A stretch of 64,000 nucleotides of DNA from Nitrospirota bacterium (GTDB taxonomy: Bacteria > Nitrospirota > Thermodesulfovibrionia > Thermodesulfovibrionales > SM23-35), in NCBI GenBank assembly GCA_013388455.1, contig JACAFF010000017.1, positions 5,252 to 69,251 on the forward strand, read 5' to 3'. This document shows positions 1 to 9,032 of the stretch, piece after piece; the stretch's first letter is position 1; each line of letters opens with the position of its first letter. The position numbers and the translations under genes are program-made. The notes below the pieces were generated by a model. It worked only from the letters and a program-made list of their open reading frames with translations. It did no database searches and was not told the DNA's origin.

Positions 1-1734
1 CACATCCATACACCTCATGCACTGATAACATATATCAGTATTTATAGAGAGAATTCCAAGGCCAGAACATACTTTTGCCCTGCAGTATTTTTGAAAAACA
101 TGTTCTTCATATTCCTCACGGAAATATTTTATTGTTGATAAAACAGGATTTGGAGCTGAATTCCCAAGCCCGCACAGAGCAGCCTCTTTAACCTTTTTAC
201 CTAATTCCTCAAGCTTCTCGATATCTCCAGATTCTCCATTCCCCGATGTAATCTTTTCAAGTATCTGCATCATCTGGTAAGTTCCGATTCTGCATGGAGG
301 GCATTTACCACATGATTCTGCCTGACAGAAGGATAGAAAGAATTTTGCAACATCAACCATGCAGTTATCTTCATCCATCACTACCATACCGCCCGAACCC
401 ATAATTGAACCTAATTTTGTTAATGAATCAAAGTCTACAGGTATATCAAGATATTTTTCTGGAATACATCCACCTGAAGGACCTCCTGTCTGAACTGCCT
501 TAAATTTTTTATCATGGAGAATTCCACCACCAATATCGTATATAATTTCCCTCAGCGTTATTCCCATCGGAACTTCAATTAACCCTGTGTCCACAACCTT
601 TCCTGTTAATGCAAATACTTTGGTACCGGGCGAATTCTGGGTCCCGATGCTGAGGAACCAGTCTGCACCTTTCTCAATAATATATGGAACACAAGCATAT
701 GTTTCTACATTATTAAGATTTGTAGGATAACCCCATACACCGCCTCCTTTTTCAGATAATCTTGGCGGTCTTGGCCTTGGAAATCCTCTATCTCCTTCTA
801 CAGATGCAACAAGGGCGGTTGATTCACCACATACAAAGGCGCCTGCACCTTGAGCTAACCTTATATCAAAACTTAAATCGGTTCCAAGTATATTTTCGCC
901 CAAAAGTCCCACCTCTTCAGCCTGTTTTATAGCAATACCGAGGTTCTGAACAGCCAGAGGATATTCATGACGCACATAAATAATTCCGTGCCTTCCACCT
1001 ATTGCATATGCACATAAAATCATGCCTTCAAGTAAACTGTGAGGATCACCTTCCATAACTGATCTATCCATAAAAGCTCCCGGATCACCCTCATCGCCAT
1101 TTGCTATTACAAATTTTAAGCCAGGAGACCTTTTTGTATGTCTCCATTTTTTACCAGCAGGGAAACCAGCACCACCACGTCCTCTGAGATTTGCCTTATC
1201 AACCTCATCAAGAACCTGATCAGGAGTCATCTGAAGAAATGCTTTCTCCAGAGCTCTATAACCACCAATTGCAATGTAGTGATAAATATTAGTTGGATCT
1301 ATTCTTCCATTATTGCGAAGTGCTACTCTTTTCTGTTTGCTATAAAAAGGAACCTCATTAATATGATATGCCCTTTCTCCATAAGTTTGGCGGTAAAGGA
1401 GATCCATTATGGGTTTTTCTCCCTCTATTGTCCGCACAATGATGTCTCTTGCCCTTTGAGGTTGAACCCTGTGGTAAAAATATTCCTGTGGCTCAACTAT
1501 CATAACAGGGCCTTTCTGGCATAGACCCTGACAACCTGTTGATATTATTTCAACATCGGTTGCACTCTGGTTAGCAGCGTTTTTAAGTTCCTCTAATAGT
1601 TTTAAAGACTTATTTGCTTTACAGCCTGTTCCGCAACAAACTCTTATCCTCTTTTTCCCCGGTTCTAAGACACCGTCTTTTTGTAAATATTCACGGAGGC
1701 TAATAAGTTCTTTTACACTGTTTAATCTTTTCAT
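1..1734 (-). CDS. nuoF: NuoF/HydB-family NAD(P)H-binding Fe-S flavoprotein, paralogue 3 (3' end runs off the window)
   Basis: Absent from the ORF track; translated by hand from ATG at 1734: MKRLNSVKELISLRE...VCCGTGC...GCQGLCQKGP...LRGRGGAGFP...NGDEGDPGAFMDR...CGESTAL...GGPSGGC...CGKCPPC...KYCRAKVC...CYQCMRC. Symbol is family-level only. Confidence 0.9.
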   Translation of the reverse strand, partial: MKRLNSVKELISLREYLQKDGVLEPGKKRIRVCCGTGCKANKSLKLLEELKNAANQSATDVEIISTGCQGLCQKGPVMIVEPQEYFYHRVQPQRARDIIVRTIEGEKPIMDLLYRQTYGERAYHINEVPFYSKQKRVALRNNGRIDPTNIYHYIAIGGYRALEKAFLQMTPDQVLDEVDKANLRGRGGAGFPAGKKWRHTKRSPGLKFVIANGDEGDPGAFMDRSVMEGDPHSLLEGMILCAYAIGGRHGIIYVRHEYPLAVQNLGIAIKQAEEVGLLGENILGTDLSFDIRLAQGAGAFVCGESTALVASVEGDRGFPRPRPPRLSEKGGGVWGYPTNLNNVETYACVPYIIEKGADWFLSIGTQNSPGTKVFALTGKVVDTGLIEVPMGITLREIIYDIGGGILHDKKFKAVQTGGPSGGCIPEKYLDIPVDFDSLTKLGSIMGSGGMVVMDEDNCMVDVAKFFLSFCQAESCGKCPPCRIGTYQMMQILEKITSGNGESGDIEKLEELGKKVKEAALCGLGNSAPNPVLSTIKYFREEYEEHVFQKYCRAKVCSGLGILSINTDICYQCMRCMDV

Positions 1735-1749
1735 TGTTTTTTCATTGTA

Positions 1750-3981
1750 TCATTTAAGCATATTAACATCAACTCTGGATTCTACCATGTAAGATATCTC
1801 AGGAAGCAGATAAGAGATAAGGTCTCTAACCGTAATCATTCCCAGAATTGTATCTTCTTCAACAACTGGCAAATGCCTCTTATTCTTTCTGCTTGAAATA
1901 GCTATCGCTGCATTTATAGCCATCGAAGGACTGAATGTTGTAATATTTGTGTCCATTGCATCTTTAATAGTTTGATTTTTATTAATGGAGTAAATTTCAT
2001 GGGGTTTTGATAAAAGTATATCTTTTAAAGTCATTTTACATCTCTTTTCCATTAATTCGACATTATTAGCAGGTATTTTAAGTTTCTCTTCAAGCTTTAT
2101 ATATTTTTCTTTTATAATCTTCACTGCACCAACAGGACAGACATGATAGCAGGCTTTACATCTCGTGCAGTAATGCATGACAATAAAAAAACTTCTTCTG
2201 GTCTCTTTTACTGCATCAAAAGCGCACGCCTGTTTACATAGTCCGCAGAGGATACATTCTTCTTGTTCGATTTTCAGCATCCCTATATTGCAGACCTTGG
2301 CTCTGCAATATTTATCATGTATATGTTCCTCGTATTCTTCACGGAAATATTTGATTATTGTAAGTATAGGATTCGGTGCACTCTGTCCAAGCCCACATAA
2401 TGAACTTGCTTTAATATTCTTTCCTAATCTCTCAAGTTTTTCAATATCTCCAGGTTCACCCTTGCCTGATGTTATCTTTTCAAGTATCTGTAACATCTGG
2501 TATGTTCCAATTCTACATGGAATGCATTTTCCACAGGATTCAGATTGTGTGAATGAAAGGAAGAACTTAGCTACATCTACCATACAGTTATCTTCATCCA
2601 TCACTACCATTCCGCCTGAACCCATAATAGAACCTACTTTATTAAGCGAATCAAAATCAACTGGTAGATCAAGATACTTTTCAGGAATACAACCACCTGA
2701 AGGACCTCCAGTCTGAACCGCTTTGAATTTTTTATTCCCCAGGATACCTCCTCCGATATCAAATATAATCTCTCTTAAAGTAATACCCATGGGAACCTCA
2801 ACAAGTCCTGTATTTTTGACTTTTCCTGTCAAGGCAAATACCTTGGTTCCTGGAGAGTTTTCTGTTCCGATGCTAAGAAACCAGTCTGCCCCTTTTTCGA
2901 TAATGGAAGGGATACACGCATATGTCTCAACGTTATTAAGGTTCGCAGGATAGCCCCATGGCCCTCCTCCTGGCTCTGAAACCCTTGGCGGTCTTGGATG
3001 AGGGAAGCCCCTCCTGCCTTCTATAGAAGCTATAAGTGCTGTTGCCTCACCACAAATAAAAGCGCCCGCACCCTCTCTTATATGAATAGTAAAATTAAGA
3101 CCTGTTCCTAAAATGTTTTCTCCTAAAAGTCCCAACTTTTCAGCCTGTTCAATTGCAATCTTGAGATTTTTAACAGCAAGCGGATATTCATGACGAACAT
3201 ATATAAAACCGTAACTAGCCCCGATAGCATAAGCACATATAATCATGCCTTCAATAAGGCTATGGGGATCACCCTCCATGATAGACCTATCCATAAAAGC
3301 ACCTGGATCTCCTTCATCTCCATTTGCAATAACCATCTTAATATTGCCAGGAGCCTTTTTCGTATGAGCCCATTTTACCCCTGCAGGGAAACCTGCACCA
3401 CCTCTTCCCCTAATATTAGCCTTCTTTACTTCTTCAAGTACCTGATCAGGAGTCATTGAAGAGAACATCTTTTCAACAGCTTTATAGCCTCCAACAGCTA
3501 TATAATGATAAATATTAGCAGGATCAATCTTGCCATTATTACTCAAAGCAATCCTCATCTGTTTCTTATAGAATGGAACATCTTCCATATTTTCAATTGG
3601 TTTATCGAGAAAATTACCTCTATAAAGAAGCTTCCTGACTGGAGAATCTTCAAAAAAGGTTGCAGAAATAATATCACGAACACTATGATGTTTTACTTTT
3701 TGATAAAAAAATTCATGAGGTTCAATACTCATCACAGGACCTTTCTGACAGAGTCCCTGGCATCCTGTAGTTACTATCTCTAAATCAATGCCGCTTTTCT
3801 CTGCTTCTTCTTTTAAACTTTCTGCCACTTCAAGGGATTTATTCGCCCTGCATGCCGTACCGCAGCAGTTCCTTATTCTGTTTTTCCCAGGAGCCAGTAT
3901 TTCTTCTCTGGAGATGAGCTCACGTAAATCAGCAAGTTCACTAATTTTGTTTAGTCTGTGTATATTGTCTACTGTTATCAT
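1750..3981 (-). CDS. nuoF: NuoF/HydB-family flavoprotein, paralogue 2, with 2x[4Fe-4S] domain and an internally deleted C-terminal CBS pair
   Basis: RGRGGAGFP, NGDEGDPGAFMDR, GGPSGGC, CGKCIPC, two CxxCxxCxxxC motifs, and a CBS motif RHLPVVEEDTILGMITVRDL. Confidence 0.9.
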   Translation of the reverse strand: MITVDNIHRLNKISELADLRELISREEILAPGKNRIRNCCGTACRANKSLEVAESLKEEAEKSGIDLEIVTTGCQGLCQKGPVMSIEPHEFFYQKVKHHSVRDIISATFFEDSPVRKLLYRGNFLDKPIENMEDVPFYKKQMRIALSNNGKIDPANIYHYIAVGGYKAVEKMFSSMTPDQVLEEVKKANIRGRGGAGFPAGVKWAHTKKAPGNIKMVIANGDEGDPGAFMDRSIMEGDPHSLIEGMIICAYAIGASYGFIYVRHEYPLAVKNLKIAIEQAEKLGLLGENILGTGLNFTIHIREGAGAFICGEATALIASIEGRRGFPHPRPPRVSEPGGGPWGYPANLNNVETYACIPSIIEKGADWFLSIGTENSPGTKVFALTGKVKNTGLVEVPMGITLREIIFDIGGGILGNKKFKAVQTGGPSGGCIPEKYLDLPVDFDSLNKVGSIMGSGGMVVMDEDNCMVDVAKFFLSFTQSESCGKCIPCRIGTYQMLQILEKITSGKGEPGDIEKLERLGKNIKASSLCGLGQSAPNPILTIIKYFREEYEEHIHDKYCRAKVCNIGMLKIEQEECILCGLCKQACAFDAVKETRRSFFIVMHYCTRCKACYHVCPVGAVKIIKEKYIKLEEKLKIPANNVELMEKRCKMTLKDILLSKPHEIYSINKNQTIKDAMDTNITTFSPSMAINAAIAISSRKNKRHLPVVEEDTILGMITVRDLISYLLPEISYMVESRVDVNMLK

Positions 3982-4009
3982 TTAATCCCGCAATTACTCT
4001 TTAATTAAT

Positions 4010-6343
4010 TCAATACATCGTTTCTGCCATAAAACATATCTCTGGAAGTAAATATGAAATCAGATCCCTGTAAGTAATCATTCCTATAATCTTGTCCCCC
4101 TCGACAACAGGTAGATGTCTGATCCCTTTTCTTGAAGCTATAGCTACTGCAGAACTAATTTCAGTAGATGGATCAAAAGTTGTTATTTCCCTCGACTTTA
4201 TTGATTCAAGAGTTTCATTAAATGGGATATTATTAAATACACACCGCACTATATCTCTCTCAGTAAACAGACTTACCAGTTTCTCATTTTCGTCAACAAC
4301 AAATAATCCACTGATATTCCTCTGGGCCATTAAGTGCACTGCATCTGAAATTGTCAGATCTTTATGAATGGTTACAATCTCATATGGCCTTGCTTCCAAG
4401 ATATGCTTTAGTTTCATTTTTCTTCTCCTTTCAACGAGCTCGATTGTTTCAAAAGGCAATTTTAACTCTTCTTCGAGTCTTATGTATTCCTGTTTCATTA
4501 TCTTTACAGCTTTAACAGGACAAACATTATAGCAGGCCTTGCATTTTGTACAATAATTTCTGTCGATAAAGAAACTCCTTCTTGTCTCCTTTATGGCATC
4601 AAAAGCACATGCTTGCTTACAAAGACCGCAAAGTATGCATTCATTATGGTCAATCCAGAAAAATCCAAGATTGCATACTTTTGCCCTACAATATTTATCT
4701 CTTACATGCTCTTCGTATTCTTCCTGAAAATATTTAATAGTCGTAAGAACTGGATTCGGTGCACTCTTACCAAGACCACAGAGTGAACCTGATATAACGA
4801 GTTCCCCCAGTCTCTTTAACTTCTCAATATCTCCTGCTTCACCATTGCCTGAAGTTATCTTTTCAAGTAACTGCAACATCTGATATGTTCCAATCCTACA
4901 AGGTGGACACTTTCCGCATGATTCCGCCTGTGTGAAAGAAAGGAAAAATTTTGCAACATCAACCATGCAATTATCTTCATCCATAACAACCATACCACCA
5001 GATCCCATAATTGAACCTAATTTTGTTAATGAATCAAAGTCTACAGGTATATCAAGATATTTTTCTGGAATACATCCACCTGAAGGACCTCCAGTCTGAA
5101 CTGCCTTGAATCTTTTATCACCTATAATGCCACCACCGATATCAAATATAATCTCTCTTAAAGTAATACCCATGGGAACCTCAACAAGTCCTGTATTTTT
5201 GACTTTACCAGCCAGTGAAAATACCTTTGTACCAGATGAACTTGATGTGCCTATATTTAAGAACCAGTCTGCACCGTTGTTGATGATCGGAGGGATACAG
5301 GCATAGGTTTCTATGTTATTAAGATTAGCAGGGTAACCCCAGGGTCCACCTCCTGGTTCTGATACCCTTGGTGGTCTCGCATGTGGATAACCTCTCCTGC
5401 CTTCTATTGATGCAACAAGTGCAGTTGCCTCTCCACAGACAAAGGCACCCGCCCCTTCCCTGATATGAACTGTAAAATCAAATCCAGTCCCGAGGATATT
5501 TTTTCCTAAAAGCCCTATTTCCTCTGCCTGCTTGATAGCTGTCTTTAATGTTTTAATGGCAAGAGGATATTCATGACGAACGTAAATGAACCCATATTGA
5601 GCATTAATTGCATAAGCACAGATGAGCATTCCTTCAAGAAGGCTATGGGGATCACCTTCCATGATAGACCTGTCCATAAAAGCACCAGGGTCCCCCTCAT
5701 CACCATTGGCTATAACTATTTTTATATTACCGTCAGCCCTTTTAGCATGAGCCCATTTTACACCTGCCGGGAATCCTGCTCCTCCACGCCCTCTAATATT
5801 TGATTTTCTTACCTCTTCTATTACCTGTTCAGGACTCATCTCTAAGAGTATTTTTTCAATAGCCTTGTAACCATCGACTGCTATATAATGATAAATATTA
5901 AACGGATCTATCTCGCCTGTATTTCTGAGAGCAATCTTTAATTGTTTAGTATAGAAAGGAACTTCTTTCTGGGAAGCTTTTGGTGTATCAATAAAAGAAT
6001 CACGGTATTGAAGTTCTCTGACGGGTTCTCTCATCACGAATGTTCTGTTAATAATATCTTGTGCTTTGTCAGCATGAACCTTCTGATAGAAAAAGCCATA
6101 AGGCTTAACTTTTATAAGAGGTCCTTTTTGACAGAGTCCCTGACACCCTGTCTTGATCACCTCAATCTGAAAATTACTCGTTGCCGCCTCTTTCTGCAAT
6201 GCATCTGCCACTTTATGAGACCCCAGTGTACTGCAAGGCAACCCGCAGCAGACTTTGAGAATATTTTTATCAGGGCTGAAGATATCACTCCGAAGAATAG
6301 ATCTGAGGTCTGCAAGCTCACTTATGGAATGCAATCTTTCCAT
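4010..6343 (-). CDS. nuoF: NuoF/HydB-family flavoprotein, paralogue 1, with 2x[4Fe-4S] domain and a complete C-terminal CBS pair
   Basis: Same core motifs; tandem CBS motifs ISGLFVVD..SLFTERDI and IRHLPVVE..GMITYRDL. Confidence 0.9.
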   Translation of the reverse strand: MERLHSISELADLRSILRSDIFSPDKNILKVCCGLPCSTLGSHKVADALQKEAATSNFQIEVIKTGCQGLCQKGPLIKVKPYGFFYQKVHADKAQDIINRTFVMREPVRELQYRDSFIDTPKASQKEVPFYTKQLKIALRNTGEIDPFNIYHYIAVDGYKAIEKILLEMSPEQVIEEVRKSNIRGRGGAGFPAGVKWAHAKRADGNIKIVIANGDEGDPGAFMDRSIMEGDPHSLLEGMLICAYAINAQYGFIYVRHEYPLAIKTLKTAIKQAEEIGLLGKNILGTGFDFTVHIREGAGAFVCGEATALVASIEGRRGYPHARPPRVSEPGGGPWGYPANLNNIETYACIPPIINNGADWFLNIGTSSSSGTKVFSLAGKVKNTGLVEVPMGITLREIIFDIGGGIIGDKRFKAVQTGGPSGGCIPEKYLDIPVDFDSLTKLGSIMGSGGMVVMDEDNCMVDVAKFFLSFTQAESCGKCPPCRIGTYQMLQLLEKITSGNGEAGDIEKLKRLGELVISGSLCGLGKSAPNPVLTTIKYFQEEYEEHVRDKYCRAKVCNLGFFWIDHNECILCGLCKQACAFDAIKETRRSFFIDRNYCTKCKACYNVCPVKAVKIMKQEYIRLEEELKLPFETIELVERRRKMKLKHILEARPYEIVTIHKDLTISDAVHLMAQRNISGLFVVDENEKLVSLFTERDIVRCVFNNIPFNETLESIKSREITTFDPSTEISSAVAIASRKGIRHLPVVEGDKIIGMITYRDLISYLLPEICFMAETMY

Positions 6344-6384
6344 GATACCAATTCCTTTTTAAATGTATTATTTTAAAGGCTTCT

Positions 6385-6873
6385 CTAATCTTCTTTTATC
6401 GATTTAATTAAGGCTTCTATTTTCTTCTCACCTATAAGTTCTCCTGTTACTTCATCATTGATGGTAGTAACAGGAGCAAGACCACAGCAACCCACACATC
6501 CAACTGTCTCAAGTGTCATAGCAAGATCATCAGTGGTATCTCCACTCTTTACATTGAATTCAGTTTCAAGAGCTGTTAAAATTTTCTTTGACCCTCTTAC
6601 GTAACATGCTGTACCCAGACAGACTTTTACAATTTTCCTTCCTCTCGGTTTAAAATGAAACATCTTATAGAAACTTGCAACACTGTATATCTCGGACAAT
6701 GCAATATTAAGCTTTTTGGAAAGCTTTCTCAAAACTTCTTCCGGTAGATAACCTTCTTCTTCCTGTATCTGCTGTAATGCATGGATGAGTATTCCTCTTC
6801 TCGCCTCCTGTTCACCGATTATTCTGCTAACTCCGCCAATCTGTTCATCAATATTAATCTCTTCTACATCCAT
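6385..6873 (-). CDS. nuoE: NuoE/HydC-family [2Fe-2S] subunit
   Basis: GYLPEE, VASFY, CLGTAC...CVGCCGLAP; start moved to the ATG at 6873 behind GGAGG. Confidence 0.9.
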   Translation of the reverse strand: MDVEEINIDEQIGGVSRIIGEQEARRGILIHALQQIQEEEGYLPEEVLRKLSKKLNIALSEIYSVASFYKMFHFKPRGRKIVKVCLGTACYVRGSKKILTALETEFNVKSGDTTDDLAMTLETVGCVGCCGLAPVTTINDEVTGELIGEKKIEALIKSIKED

Positions 6874-6889
6874 ATAACCTCCAAAATTC

Positions 6890-6953
6890 CAGTCACCGGT
6901 CATTAAGTCATCGGTCATTCTAAATATTGACTACTGACTAATGACTATTGACT
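6890..6953. repeat. Inverted array of heptamer repeats (RGTCAYY x4 / AHTGACT x4)
   Basis: agtcacc ggtcatt a agtcatc ggtcatt ... attgact actgact aatgact attgact. Confidence 0.75.
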
Positions 6954-6960
6954 TTCTTGA

Positions 6961-8943
6961 TTATAATCCAAGATGTGGTTTTGCACCTTTTTCAAGCTCG
7001 CGCCTTGCAGCCATATCCATCAAAACTCTTTCTACCCCGAATCTGCCAGGTTGATATTTCCTGAGTTTCAGTGCATCCCTCGCTCTATCAATGTAATCTA
7101 AAGTGAGCTCAAGTATCTTTTCTGGATCAGGCTCGAAATGAAGCGCACCCTTAAATCTCTCAAACCATACTTCTGTCATTATCTTTGTCACTTCTTTGCT
7201 TGCTCCAACCGGGGATTCTCCTCCGAATATAACAGGTACACCTGATGCAACAAAATAGCATCCGATTGAAATTGCCTTTTCGGACATCCACTCGGGTGCA
7301 ATGCCTACTGCCGGCATTCCTCCTATTTCGTCAGAAAGACCGCCTTCGGCAGCCATTGCAGCTGCTATAGTTAAAATCCTTGAATTATCCACACAAGAAC
7401 CAAGGTGAAGAATAGGAGGAATTCCTATTGCTTCACATACCTCCCGTAAACCAGGCCCTGCATTTTCAAGAGCCATCTCTGGAGTAAGATATCCAGCAGT
7501 CCCGCAGGCATGTGAACCACAACCTGTTGATACTATAAGCACATCATTCTTAATTAATTCAATCGCAAGAAAACGATGAAGACCCTGTGACGGAACCCGT
7601 GGATTATCACATCCTGCAAGCCCAACAACACCACGAATTCTTCCAGCTATTATCGCATCATTCAAAGGCCTGAATGACGCGCGCCATCTCCCTCCTTGCA
7701 TATATTCTATGTATTCATGTGAAAAACCTGCTATTACAGGAAATTTATCCGTAACATGACTGCCTTTACCTTTCCTGTTAGAAAAATTATCAATAGCTGT
7801 CCTGACTATCTGACGCGCTATCTCCCTTGCTCTGTGTTCGTCATATTCTATGTGTAAAGCACCCTGTATCTTTGCCTTATAAGAAGTAGTTATTACTTTT
7901 GTATGAAATTTCTGTGATAGTTCTGTCAGAGCAGGCATAATGCATTGCACATCAACTGTTATTGCATCAATAAGTCCTGTAAGAACAGCGAGTTCCTGAT
8001 TGGTAAAACCGCCAGCAGTGGAAATACCATGCCGCATCAGTACTTCATTAGCTGTGCAGCACATGCCACCGAGATTTATTCCCTTTGCACCTTTTGTTTT
8101 TGCATATTCGATCATGTCTGGCTCGTTGACAACATCTACAATCACTTCTGCAAGTGAAGGTTCATGTCCGTGGACTACGAGGTTGACTTCATCCTCCTTG
8201 AAAATTCCGAAACTTGCTTCTGCTTTTACCGGATGAGGCGTTCCAAAAAGTATATCTGTTATATCTGTCGAAATCATACTTCCGCCCCACCCATCTGCAA
8301 TTGATACTTTCAAAGCGCTCAGGAGAAGATTATCAGGGTCATGGTCAACACCCATATGAGTGCGATGCATTGCTTCTGTTATTTCTCTGTCAATACCTCT
8401 CGGAATGATTCCCCATTTCCTCCATCTTTCCTGTGTCTTCTTAGGTGCTCTCTTAATAAAGTTCAGTTCTCCTTTTTGTCTTCCAAAATCTTCAAGTAGC
8501 TTTGTTGCAACATCTCTTGCTACATCATTCACTTGACGTCCTTCAAATTCTATTTCGAGTATTTCAGCAATTCTGTATAGTTTTCTAACATCTGTTATTC
8601 TGAAGTCTTTTGTCTCACCATTTGCTACTGCAAGCAATATAAATACCATGTCTCTGGCATGATCAGAGTGTGCAGATGCACCTGCAACAGCCATCCTTAA
8701 AAAATTCCTTGCAGAAACTGTTGGTAGCGTTGCACCACATACTCCTCTTGCTTCATTTTCCGCATTTAGCCCCACGAATCTGCATGGTCCCATATGACAT
8801 ATTTTGCAACATGCCCCTGCAGCACCAATCGGACAGGGTTTGTTCTTTTCTGCCCGTTCAAAACATGTCTGTATATTTTGAGTTTCACCCCATTCTATAA
8901 TTTCTTCAGATGCCTTATTTGCACTCTTTATAATTTTGTCCAT
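6961..8943 (-). CDS. cooS: Anaerobic Ni-Fe carbon monoxide dehydrogenase catalytic subunit (CooS/AcsA)
   Basis: CPIG..CCKICHMGPC..CG (D/B cluster), HSDH, HGHEP, MCCTANE, GSCVDNSR, PEWMSEKA; start at ATG 8943 after GGAGG. Confidence 0.95.
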   Translation of the reverse strand: MDKIIKSANKASEEIIEWGETQNIQTCFERAEKNKPCPIGAAGACCKICHMGPCRFVGLNAENEARGVCGATLPTVSARNFLRMAVAGASAHSDHARDMVFILLAVANGETKDFRITDVRKLYRIAEILEIEFEGRQVNDVARDVATKLLEDFGRQKGELNFIKRAPKKTQERWRKWGIIPRGIDREITEAMHRTHMGVDHDPDNLLLSALKVSIADGWGGSMISTDITDILFGTPHPVKAEASFGIFKEDEVNLVVHGHEPSLAEVIVDVVNEPDMIEYAKTKGAKGINLGGMCCTANEVLMRHGISTAGGFTNQELAVLTGLIDAITVDVQCIMPALTELSQKFHTKVITTSYKAKIQGALHIEYDEHRAREIARQIVRTAIDNFSNRKGKGSHVTDKFPVIAGFSHEYIEYMQGGRWRASFRPLNDAIIAGRIRGVVGLAGCDNPRVPSQGLHRFLAIELIKNDVLIVSTGCGSHACGTAGYLTPEMALENAGPGLREVCEAIGIPPILHLGSCVDNSRILTIAAAMAAEGGLSDEIGGMPAVGIAPEWMSEKAISIGCYFVASGVPVIFGGESPVGASKEVTKIMTEVWFERFKGALHFEPDPEKILELTLDYIDRARDALKLRKYQPGRFGVERVLMDMAARRELEKGAKPHLGL

Positions 8944-8961
8944 ATAACCTCCATCTAAATA

Positions 8962-9028
8962 AGCCATTAGTTAACTGTCATCAGTCATTGTCTTTTTACT
9001 CTTGACTAATGACTATTAACTGATAACT
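8962..9028. repeat. Second inverted heptamer repeat array
   Basis: agccatt agttaac tgtcatc agtcatt ... ttgact aatgact attaact gataact. Confidence 0.65.
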
Positions 9029-9032
9029 TTCT

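Noticed and set aside
1..6873. Respiratory complex I (nuo) operon
   Set aside because: No membrane or NuoB/C/D subunits are visible, and the extra Fe-S domains indicate soluble HydB/HydC-type proteins.
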